From NCBI GenBank assembly GCA_021163265.1, contig JAGGXC010000023.1, positions 6,378-70,377 of the forward strand: a stretch of DNA of 64,000 nt, in the 5' to 3' direction. Below the pieces are notes generated by a model, which worked only from the letters and a program-made list of their open reading frames with translations, was not told the DNA's origin and did no database searches. How positions within the stretch are numbered: position 1 is the first letter of the stretch; every line of letters begins with the position of its first letter. The DNA comes from a bacterium. GTDB taxonomy: Bacteria; Patescibacteriota; Minisyncoccia; Minisyncoccales; JAGGXC01. Both the position numbers and the translations under genes were made by a program. Of this stretch, positions 1-8,422 are shown one piece after another.

Positions 1-955
1 ATCTCTTCTCCTCAAATGCTCCAAGAGGACCTGCCCAAAGAATAGTTTTTGCCTTTCTCACAATCTCCGAATAAAGCTCTATAGTATCTGGTCCTATATC
101 ATAGACCTTTTCTTCTTTTCTAATAGTTCCGAGAGCTGCTGCTCTTTGATAAAGCCAGTCGTCTTCCAGCGATAAAAGTACATCTTTTGGTAAGTGAAGA
201 GAAGTATCTGTTAAATCAAATTTCTTTATAGAATCAAGAAGCTTACTATCTGGATAAGGTCTACCAATAAGAATATCTTTAGCAATCAGAATAATTTCGG
301 AAAGAAAACCATTCAATAAAACAGAATCAGACATTTCTAAAAGGCGCGGAAGAAATTTTATCTTTGACAACTTCTTCCCTCCGATAATGATTACCAATGG
401 CCTTCTGGGTTTATTTTTTATCTTGGAAAGATTCTCTATTTCCTTACGTAATAAAAATCCTGCAAAAGAAGGAAGAATTCTGGGAATACCTACAATTGAA
501 GCATGTTCGCGATGAGATACAGAAAAGGCATCGTTTACATATATCTCCCCTAATCGTGAAAGCGCTTTTGCAAACTCAAAATCATTTTTTGTTTCTCCTT
601 TATAAAATCGGAGGTTTTCCAAAAGAACTATCTCTCCACCCAAAAGGGAATTAACTTTCCTTTCTATTCTTCTGCCTATACAATCAGGAAGAAACCGAAC
701 TTTCTTTTTAAGTATTCTTGATAGAACGGCAGCTATAGGTCTAAGGCTATATTTCTTATCTTTTCCTGAAGGCCTTCCTAAGTGACTAATTAAGATTACT
801 TTAGCTTGCTTTCTTTTAAAATATCTAATAGATGGCAGAATGCTTTTTATTCTGAAATCATCAAGCACTTTCCCTTCCTTATCTAAAGGAACATTAAGAT
901 CTACTCTTACTAATAATTTCTTATCTTTAATTTTTATTCCCTCTATATTATTCAT
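1..955 (-). CDS. pgk: Phosphoglycerate kinase (3' end runs off the window; not in the ORF track)
   Basis: Manual translation from ATG at 955 (overlapping the TAA of the upstream ATPase): MNNIEGIKIKDKKLLVRVDLNVPLDKEGKVLDDFRIKSILPSI...ILISHLGRP, the PGK N-terminal motifs; a YDIGPDT motif occurs near the window start. Confidence 0.95.
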   Translation of the reverse strand, partial: MNNIEGIKIKDKKLLVRVDLNVPLDKEGKVLDDFRIKSILPSIRYFKRKQAKVILISHLGRPSGKDKKYSLRPIAAVLSRILKKKVRFLPDCIGRRIERKVNSLLGGEIVLLENLRFYKGETKNDFEFAKALSRLGEIYVNDAFSVSHREHASIVGIPRILPSFAGFLLRKEIENLSKIKNKPRRPLVIIIGGKKLSKIKFLPRLLEMSDSVLLNGFLSEIILIAKDILIGRPYPDSKLLDSIKKFDLTDTSLHLPKDVLLSLEDDWLYQRAAALGTIRKEEKVYDIGPDTIELYSEIVRKAKTILWAGPLGAFEEKR

Positions 956-2598
956 TAATTTTCCGAAGTAGTTTTATTTGAATCTTCTTGTGTTTTATCT
1001 TGTGGAGATTGTTGAGAAGAAGAATGTTTAAGTGACTCTTCAAGAATTTTTCTTAATTCTTCCAGGCTCACCTCTTTTCGAGGCCGAGGTATTGTTTTTT
1101 GTACTAATGGACGCGACATCGAAGATTTATCTTGTAAAGATTTTGCTGGCAATCCTTCTGGAGTAATTTCTCCCTTCTCGATCTTTTTAAGACAAGATTT
1201 ACAATAAACTGGACGCTTGGGATCAGGCTGAAAAGGAACTTTTATATTCTTTTTGCAAGCAAAACATTGAGCATCATAAAGCACAGGGAGTGTTACAGAA
1301 GAAGTTGAAGTTGTTGGCGAAATAAGATTCTCTGACCAACGTGCGATTTTCTCCTCAACAATCCTGCGAGGAGTTCCATATCTTTGACGAGAAATCTTAA
1401 TAATTTTGTCTTTACTAGAATGGGCGGGCTTCTCAAAAGGAGGAAGGGTTTCGGCAGAAAATGGTCTTCCTGCTACTCCATCTATCATTAATTTAACGTA
1501 AATATTGTATTTTGCCAGATTTACTAAATCTTGAGCTGAAAACTCAGGAGCAAATTCTTTCTCCAAAAACTCAGCATCCTCGGCACCAACTCTAAAAGAA
1601 ATTAAAGTTCCTATATTACCAAATACTGCATCGCGCACTTTTTCTTCCATTTGAGCAATATACTGATGTCCAATAATAAGACATAATCTATATTTTCTTG
1701 CTTCAGACAAGATGCTTACAAAACTCTCAGTAGCAAAATTCTGAAATTCATCAACATAAAGATAGAAATCTTTTCTTTCTTCCTCAGGAATTGTAACACG
1801 CTGCATAGCTGCTAACTGTAACTTAGTAATAAGAAGTGCTCCAAGAAGACGAGAAGCATCCTCTCCTATCATTCCTTTAGAAAGATTTAAAATTAAGATC
1901 TTTTCCGTATTCATCACTTCACTCATATCTATTGTTGACTTCACTTGACCAATAATATTTCTGATTAAAGGAGCTGAAATAAACTGACCTACTTTATTTT
2001 GAATTGCAGCTGTAGCTTCGATCTCATATCTTTGAGTATAACGAGCAAATTCTTGCACCCAAAAAGCCTTTACTACGGGATCAGTAATCCTAGAAACTAT
2101 TTTCTCTCTATAAGCAGGATCAGCTAACATCCGGTTAATCCCCAGAAGAGTAGAACCAGGATATTCCAACAAAGCTAAAATACAATTGTTTAAAATATAT
2201 TCCATTCGAGCTGACCAGACATCGGGCCATATTTTTTTAAAAACTCCCATCAATCCTCCTGCCACAAGATGGCGATGCGCCAAATCTACTTTTTCCATTA
2301 CATTAAAAGCAATTGGATATTCCAAATCAGCAGGATTGAAATAAATCACATCGTTGATCCTTTCTGGAGGAACAAAATCAAGAAGCCTTTCTGCAGCCTC
2401 TCCATGGGGGTCTACAAAAGCTACCCCTTTTCCGCTTTGAATATCCTGAATAGCCATATTCTCCATCAATGCAGTTTTCCCCATCCCAGTCTTTCCAATA
2501 ATATACATATGTCTCCTTCTATCATCGGTTTTAATTCCGAACTTCTTTTTAATATTACGAAATGTAGTTCTGGCAAAAAAGTTAACTTCTTCTGACAT
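955..2598 (-). CDS. VirB4/TraD/HerA(DUF87)-like P-loop ATPase with C-terminal CxxC-x17-CxxC zinc ribbon
   Basis: Walker A GKTGMGKT, VDPHGE, Walker B LYVDEFQNF, SEARKY; C-terminal CFAC...VPFQPDPKRPVYCKSC. Confidence 0.85.
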   Translation of the reverse strand: MSEEVNFFARTTFRNIKKKFGIKTDDRRRHMYIIGKTGMGKTALMENMAIQDIQSGKGVAFVDPHGEAAERLLDFVPPERINDVIYFNPADLEYPIAFNVMEKVDLAHRHLVAGGLMGVFKKIWPDVWSARMEYILNNCILALLEYPGSTLLGINRMLADPAYREKIVSRITDPVVKAFWVQEFARYTQRYEIEATAAIQNKVGQFISAPLIRNIIGQVKSTIDMSEVMNTEKILILNLSKGMIGEDASRLLGALLITKLQLAAMQRVTIPEEERKDFYLYVDEFQNFATESFVSILSEARKYRLCLIIGHQYIAQMEEKVRDAVFGNIGTLISFRVGAEDAEFLEKEFAPEFSAQDLVNLAKYNIYVKLMIDGVAGRPFSAETLPPFEKPAHSSKDKIIKISRQRYGTPRRIVEEKIARWSENLISPTTSTSSVTLPVLYDAQCFACKKNIKVPFQPDPKRPVYCKSCLKKIEKGEITPEGLPAKSLQDKSSMSRPLVQKTIPRPRKEVSLEELRKILEESLKHSSSQQSPQDKTQEDSNKTTSEN

Positions 2599-2620
2599 GT
2601 TTCTTTTATTATAATATACA

Positions 2621-3892
2621 CTATTCTACAGGTAACCCCGGAGGAGCTTCTTTTTTCTTTGCTTCTACTCTAGGAACAGTAGGAGCTGGAGCAACAGTTC
2701 TTCCAGGAAAATGATAAAGAGTTGCAAGCTCTTCGGTGTTTAATACAAATGTCCCTCCTGGTTTAGGAAAGAGAGGAGAAAATCTCCTTTTGTACCTCAA
2801 AAATATTGCTCGCTTTTTTGCATAAGTTCTGCTTTCTTTCATAAACCACTGAACTTTTGGAAGCGTTTTCGTCCACGGCTTCAATCCATTAAGATTTTCA
2901 GTAGATACATTCTTGAAAAATCCATAAAACATACGTGATTTCGGTTTAAAAAATACATCCTTTTTGGCTATGTATAAACACCTGATATTTGTTACATATC
3001 CAAACTTACCAATCTTTTCTTCGATTGCTTTTACCGCTTCTCTCTCTCCAGGCGTAAGCTTCATTTCCGGAGGAATAAGCTCTTGCTTTTTCTCTTCTGG
3101 TTTTTTGCCTGGAACTTTTCCGCTAATCAACACTTCTGCTGCTTCTCTAAAAATAGAAGGTACTGGCTCTACTTTCTTCTCACGGTGAACTAATTTATCT
3201 ACTAGCTCTTTTCCCTCCTTTTGCCACGGCACCTCTTCCCTTATTGGTTTTATTATAATCTGAAGCCACATATACTCATTTTCTCCGATACTTGCCATGC
3301 TTTCCAAGAGATTAGAAAGAGGGTCAAGTCTCTTTTCTTCTTTAGTCTCTTTTTCATCCTCAAAATATCTATATGTTTTTATAGGATAAGGATCAGGTTT
3401 GGTGGTAACAAAATCAAAACCAAAAACATCCCATTCATCATTAGGGATGTTGTAAGGAACAAGATTGGTGTAATCCTCAACCTTGACAATCTCAGCATCA
3501 GGATATTGAGAATAAATATTTGATTCTATTACACTTCGAAATGATTCAGGAGCTCTGATAAAAAAGCGAACTTCTCCCTCAAGACTTGCTATCTCTAAAG
3601 CAATAGAATATTGAAACTCTCCTTGTAACCACACTTCTTTCCAAGAAAAGACATCATGCACTCCATGAAACCCTGCTATCACTTGCTCCATTGCCTTGAT
3701 AGGCTTTGTTACTTCTCTGGGGATCCTCACCTCCAAAACTATCTTTTTTACCCCTGAATCATACTGCTCACTTTTGTAAAATTTCCAGAAAAAAAGAAAG
3801 TGGCGGTAAAGCAAAAATGGCAAAGGCAACCACCACCAGTTTTTAACAACTAACCAGAAATTGTTTAAGAAAAAATAAAAGTCCATCTTCAC
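2621..3892 (-). CDS. Membrane-anchored hypothetical protein, probable partner of the downstream ATPase
   Basis: 423-aa ORF with N-terminal TM, IYSQYPDAEI and LNTEELATLYHFP motifs of the kind found upstream of, or fused to, CPR VirB4-like ATPases. Confidence 0.65.
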   Translation of the reverse strand: MKMDFYFFLNNFWLVVKNWWWLPLPFLLYRHFLFFWKFYKSEQYDSGVKKIVLEVRIPREVTKPIKAMEQVIAGFHGVHDVFSWKEVWLQGEFQYSIALEIASLEGEVRFFIRAPESFRSVIESNIYSQYPDAEIVKVEDYTNLVPYNIPNDEWDVFGFDFVTTKPDPYPIKTYRYFEDEKETKEEKRLDPLSNLLESMASIGENEYMWLQIIIKPIREEVPWQKEGKELVDKLVHREKKVEPVPSIFREAAEVLISGKVPGKKPEEKKQELIPPEMKLTPGEREAVKAIEEKIGKFGYVTNIRCLYIAKKDVFFKPKSRMFYGFFKNVSTENLNGLKPWTKTLPKVQWFMKESRTYAKKRAIFLRYKRRFSPLFPKPGGTFVLNTEELATLYHFPGRTVAPAPTVPRVEAKKKEAPPGLPVE

Positions 3893-3897
3893 TTCTT

Positions 3898-4926
3898 TTA
3901 TGCCTCTCTGAGAATATATCTTCCTTGAGAGTCTTTAAGAAAATACTCCTTATTCTGTAAATTTAATAAAATAGTATTTTCTTTTACTAAACGTTGGGAA
4001 AGAACTTTTTCTACTATCTCATTCTTTGAAAGAGGACGTTTCTCTTGCTTGAGAATTTCTACAATAATATCTTTGACTTGGCCCGGAATATATCCCCATT
4101 CCCGAAGAGCATAAATCCCTCGACCAACTAAAACAAAACGAGAATCTCTTATAAGTTCATTATGTACCGTTTGAGGAAGAGCAGGTTTTCGAGAATTAAG
4201 ATTAAGCTCATTAATTTTTTCTGCTACCACTGTAAAATGAAGAGGACGACCAGTCTTTTTCAAAACTATATAAGCTTTATCTTTTATGCCTTTGGGATAT
4301 ATTTCAGGCCATTTTTTTAATCCAAACAATCCCTCATAATTTTGTTCTATTTCTTTAGATATCTCTAAATAAGAAAGAAGGGCAGCGGAAGATATTGTTT
4401 TTAGATTTCCGAAGTCTTTCTTAAAAATTTGCGAGATCTCTTTTGAAGAAAGAGGTCTTCTTTCTTCTTCAAGCTTCGTTATAAAGCTACCTATAATCTC
4501 TTTTGCCAGATCTACTGATTTTGCATCAATAGTCCATAAGGGATACAAATCATCGGTTTCAGGAAACCTTAAAAAAGGCTCACCTAAAGCAAGCCAGAAA
4601 AGAGCTTGATTTTGAAGTTGCGGAGAAGGAAATTGCGATAACAATAAATCTTCTCTTTTCAAATTACCATGCTTTCTAAAATGCTGAACAAAATAACGAA
4701 ATATTTTCTTATAAGCAGGTTTCTGAATTTCTTTTTTTATGAAACTAAGTCCTGCTTTCTCAATCTGACGAATTCTTTCCCGACACACTCCATAACTTTT
4801 TCCGATAGACTCTAAAGTTTCTCTTGTCTTTTCTTCTAACCCAAATCTTCTCTCTATTACATTTCTTATTCTCTCCGGCAAGTTATTAAGAAGATTGCGA
4901 TGAAGATGCTGAAAAGGAATATCCAT
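3898..4926 (-). CDS. Sigma-70 region 4 HTH protein with C-terminal HARE-HTH / RNAP delta-like winged helices
   Basis: RRFGL...TLESIGKSYGVCRERIRQIE (region 4); PLHFTVVAEKI...TVHNELIRDSRFVLVGRGIYALREWG; no sigma region 2. Confidence 0.75.
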   Translation of the reverse strand: MDIPFQHLHRNLLNNLPERIRNVIERRFGLEEKTRETLESIGKSYGVCRERIRQIEKAGLSFIKKEIQKPAYKKIFRYFVQHFRKHGNLKREDLLLSQFPSPQLQNQALFWLALGEPFLRFPETDDLYPLWTIDAKSVDLAKEIIGSFITKLEEERRPLSSKEISQIFKKDFGNLKTISSAALLSYLEISKEIEQNYEGLFGLKKWPEIYPKGIKDKAYIVLKKTGRPLHFTVVAEKINELNLNSRKPALPQTVHNELIRDSRFVLVGRGIYALREWGYIPGQVKDIIVEILKQEKRPLSKNEIVEKVLSQRLVKENTILLNLQNKEYFLKDSQGRYILREA

Positions 4927-4988
4927 TTTAAGATTTTACGTTAACTTTTGAAGATATTTCTTTATATAAACACATTTACTAAAAGAAG

Positions 4989-5882
4989 TCAAGATTTCTT
5001 TACCCAACTCAGCAAGAGCAAAGAGGCAAGACATATAGAGGAATAAGTACCCAATGTAATACCTAAAATCAAAGCAAGACTAAAATACTTTAAAGCAGAA
5101 CTTCCTAAGAAGAAAAGTGCAAAAAGAACAAATAAAGTAGTAAGTGAAGTACTTAATGAACGTGAGAGTGTTTCATTAAGGCTTTTGTTAATTACATCTT
5201 GAAAAGGAAGGTTAGTTCTAATAAGATTTTCTCTTATTCTATCAAAAATTACCACTGTATCATTCACGGAATAACCAAAAACGGTTAACAACGCAGTAAC
5301 AATAGGAACGGTAATCTCTACTCCATAAAATTTACCAAGGAGAGCAAAGACTCCAATAGGAATTAATACATCATGAAACAAAGCAATAAGAGTAGCCACG
5401 CCATATTGCCAAGAACTTACAGGATAAGAAACTTTGCGAAAAGCAAAAGTCACATAAAACATAATCGAAAGCAAAGCTAAAATAAGAACTATTACAGTCT
5501 TTTTTCTTACCTCCTCTCCTACTATAGGTCCAACAAGTTCAAACCTTGCTTCTTCTAAATCTCCTTTCTGTTTCAGGATATCCAAAATCTTCTGATGCAT
5601 TTCTTCTGATATCGCCTGGGTTCTCAAGATGATTCCCTTATCACCTTTTGGCTGAACAGAAAATTCTTGAAGATCTAACCTGGAAAGATCTGATCTAATC
5701 TCTTGAACATTCGGGTTAATATCTTTATAGTCTACCTCAATAATGCTACCTCCAACAAAATCAATTCCCCATCTCAGGCCAAATAAGATCAAGGCAATTA
5801 TGCTAGCCAGAACCAATATTCCCGAAAGGCTAAAAAATAATTTTTTGTGTTTTACAAAGTTTATTTCCATAGTATTTCCCAT
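4989..5882 (-). CDS. secF: Protein translocase subunit SecF
   Basis: GIDFVGGS, VGPIVG, ALFHDV, GYSVNDTVVIFDRIRE, GTYSSI motifs; start may be the Met at 5870. Confidence 0.95.
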   Translation of the reverse strand: MGNTMEINFVKHKKLFFSLSGILVLASIIALILFGLRWGIDFVGGSIIEVDYKDINPNVQEIRSDLSRLDLQEFSVQPKGDKGIILRTQAISEEMHQKILDILKQKGDLEEARFELVGPIVGEEVRKKTVIVLILALLSIMFYVTFAFRKVSYPVSSWQYGVATLIALFHDVLIPIGVFALLGKFYGVEITVPIVTALLTVFGYSVNDTVVIFDRIRENLIRTNLPFQDVINKSLNETLSRSLSTSLTTLFVLFALFFLGSSALKYFSLALILGITLGTYSSICLASLLLLSWVKKS

Positions 5883-7156
5883 TTCTCAAAACGAGTATTA
5901 ACAAAACATCTTAAGAAATTCTTCGTAATAAAAATAGCAGAGAATAAACTTATCAAAATACCCAATCCGAGAGTAAGAGCAAAACCCTTTACAAAGCTGC
6001 TACCAAGCCCAAATAAAATTAAAGCTACAATCAGAGTGGTAACATTACTGTCTCTGATCGAGGGCCAGGCACGGGAGAATCCATCTTCAATTACTCTCTC
6101 AAACGGTTTCTCACTTTTCCTTTCTTCTCTCATCCGGGAAAAAATTAAAACATTTGCATCAATTGCCATACCTATGGATAAAATAAAACCAGCAACACCT
6201 GCTAGTGTAAGAGTGACAGGAATAAATTTAAAAATTGCCAAAGCAAAGATTACATAAATGATCAAAGAAAGAGAAGCCAACACTCCAGGAAGTCTATAGA
6301 AAATAATCATAAAGATTATTATTGCCAAGAAACCTATAATTCCTGCCTTCAAGCTTTCCTGTAAAGAAATAGCGCCTAGTGTAGGACCAACAGTTTCTCG
6401 CGAAATCAACTTTATAGGCACAGGAAGAGCTCCGGCACTTAAATTACGAGCAAGTTTCTGAGCTTCCTGAAGTTTGAAATGACCACTAATTTGAGCTTTG
6501 CCTCCAGAAATCTTTTCTCTTACCACAGGAGCAGAAATTAATACATTATCAATATATATTGCTAAGGGTTTATTTATATTTCTTGAGGTAAGATCTTCAA
6601 AAATTTTTGATCCTTCCTTATCAAATTGCAAAGAAACCACTGGTTCATGAGTAGTAGGATTGATCTTGACCTCTGCTCTTTTTAAATAACGACCATTAAG
6701 TTCTGTTGGTTGAAAAAGCTCATCAATCTTCATCTCTCCGGACTCGATTTTATCCTGATTCTGCTCGATAAGTTCGTCATAATTTGGTTTAGGTTCTCTA
6801 AACTCAAGATATGGTGTCTGACCAATCATTTTTATAGCTTCATCAATATTCTTTACCCCGGGCAATTCTACTATCAAACGCCAATTGTTAGCAATTTTTT
6901 CCGTTTGAACTATCGGTTCTCCAACACCAAAAAGATTGACCCTTCTCTCTATTACATCTCTCAATCCTTCCATAGTTGAGCTCCAATCATTTTGATCGAT
7001 TTTGGATAAATCCGCTTGATAAACAAGGTGGCTTCCTCCTTGAAGATCAAGACCTAACTTAAAAGAACGAGGAAAGAGAATCGATAAATCAAACAGCGCA
7101 CAGATAACAACTATCCCTAAAATTCCAACCAAAATTAAATAACTCTTTATCTTCAT
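5861..7156 (-). CDS. secD: Protein translocase subunit SecD
   Basis: LGLDLQGG, RRVNLFGVGEP, AGALPVP, VGPTLG, GMAIDANVLIFSR motifs. Confidence 0.95.
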   Translation of the reverse strand: MKIKSYLILVGILGIVVICALFDLSILFPRSFKLGLDLQGGSHLVYQADLSKIDQNDWSSTMEGLRDVIERRVNLFGVGEPIVQTEKIANNWRLIVELPGVKNIDEAIKMIGQTPYLEFREPKPNYDELIEQNQDKIESGEMKIDELFQPTELNGRYLKRAEVKINPTTHEPVVSLQFDKEGSKIFEDLTSRNINKPLAIYIDNVLISAPVVREKISGGKAQISGHFKLQEAQKLARNLSAGALPVPIKLISRETVGPTLGAISLQESLKAGIIGFLAIIIFMIIFYRLPGVLASLSLIIYVIFALAIFKFIPVTLTLAGVAGFILSIGMAIDANVLIFSRMREERKSEKPFERVIEDGFSRAWPSIRDSNVTTLIVALILFGLGSSFVKGFALTLGLGILISLFSAIFITKNFLRCFVNTRFEKWEILWK

Positions 7157-7160
7157 AATA

Positions 7161-7811
7161 TTAAATAGAAGTTAAAAGCACCGACACAATACCTACTAAA
7201 AATATCCCGTCAAACACCCCTGCTCCCCCGATAGAAACCATCCCAAAAGACGCTTTTCTTATTTTTGGCAAATTCATTAAATCAGCTCCAATAAGTGTTC
7301 CCAAAACTCCGGAAATAAAAGCAAGAGGAGAAGCAAAAGAGGGCATTAACAGATAAGCAAAAAGGGCAGAGAAAATAGGAGGAACAAAAGCAGGAAGAAT
7401 TATTCCTTGACCAGGAACAATCCGAGAAAGAAAATAACAGACTATTGTCATTAAACCTATACCTATTAATGCTGGCTTTAAAGGCACATTTAACAAAAGA
7501 TACAAAGAAATAATAATTGGAATAACTGCTCCCCCTAAATTTATAAATACGCCTTCGTATTCTATTTCGTTTCTCGAGAGTAAACCAAAAAAATAACTCC
7601 TTCTTACCAAAACTGCCTTTCTTTTTGTTAAAGGAATATTTACTACAGATCCTATCAAAATTAAAAAAAGAGTCAAGAAAGCAACCTCTGGAGAAAAACC
7701 AAGTTTTTCAAAACTAAAACTTGCTAGATGAAAAAATGTCAAAAAAAACAAAAGTGGAAAGAGTAAAAACAAAAGCAGCAAAAAAAGACATCCTAAAGGA
7801 ATAAAAACCAT
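7161..7811 (-). CDS. DUF1614-family membrane protein
   Basis: GSVVNIP, INLGGAVIP, GTLIGADLMNL and SIGGAGVFDGIFL motifs. Confidence 0.8.
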   Translation of the reverse strand: MVFIPLGCLFLLLLFLLFPLLFFLTFFHLASFSFEKLGFSPEVAFLTLFLILIGSVVNIPLTKRKAVLVRRSYFFGLLSRNEIEYEGVFINLGGAVIPIIISLYLLLNVPLKPALIGIGLMTIVCYFLSRIVPGQGIILPAFVPPIFSALFAYLLMPSFASPLAFISGVLGTLIGADLMNLPKIRKASFGMVSIGGAGVFDGIFLVGIVSVLLTSI

Positions 7812-7819
7812 AATGATTT

Positions 7820-8422
7820 CTAAAAAAGGAGATTAGAAGTAATAAACACCTCAATCAAAGCTGAAAAAAATAAAATAATTAATAGTCTGATAAATAAAGT
7901 AAGCCCTAAATTAAGTTCTTTTACAATACTAACTTCCTTATTAAATATCTTTCTTATTACTGTCCATCCAATTTTTAATCCTATCGCAGAAAAAATCAAA
8001 AAACAAGGAATCTCAAGAATTCCATGAGGAATAATACCTGTAAGGAAATAAGAAAAAGAGGCTTGCTTCAAAGAGAAATTAGCCAAAATACCTAAAATCT
8101 CACCGTTATTCAATAAAGCAATTAACGGAAAAATCCCAAATAGCAAACCTGACAAGATCACAAACAAAGAACTAAGGCCATTTTTTAAAAAAATAGAAAG
8201 CGTCTGAAGAATCTTGTTTTGATGTAAAAGAGGCTCATACGTCTGGCGAATTATCAAAATAAGTTCTTTTGCTTGATCAGGATAAAACTCAGCAAAATAG
8301 TATCCCAGAAAAATACCAACAATAAAAATAACTATTGCCCCCAGAATATAAGGAATAAGAGTTCTTAAATAAAGATACAAAAAATATCTTTTTAGGAAAA
8401 TGATGATTCTTCTTCTATCCAT
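7820..8422 (-). CDS. SpoIIM-like (DUF95) membrane protein
   Basis: IFLKN, NGEILG, IIPHGILEIP, SALIEVFIT motifs; start moved from 8479 to the ATG at 8422 (MDRRR) to shorten the secA overlap. Confidence 0.8.
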   Translation of the reverse strand: MDRRRIIIFLKRYFLYLYLRTLIPYILGAIVIFIVGIFLGYYFAEFYPDQAKELILIIRQTYEPLLHQNKILQTLSIFLKNGLSSLFVILSGLLFGIFPLIALLNNGEILGILANFSLKQASFSYFLTGIIPHGILEIPCFLIFSAIGLKIGWTVIRKIFNKEVSIVKELNLGLTLFIRLLIILFFSALIEVFITSNLLF

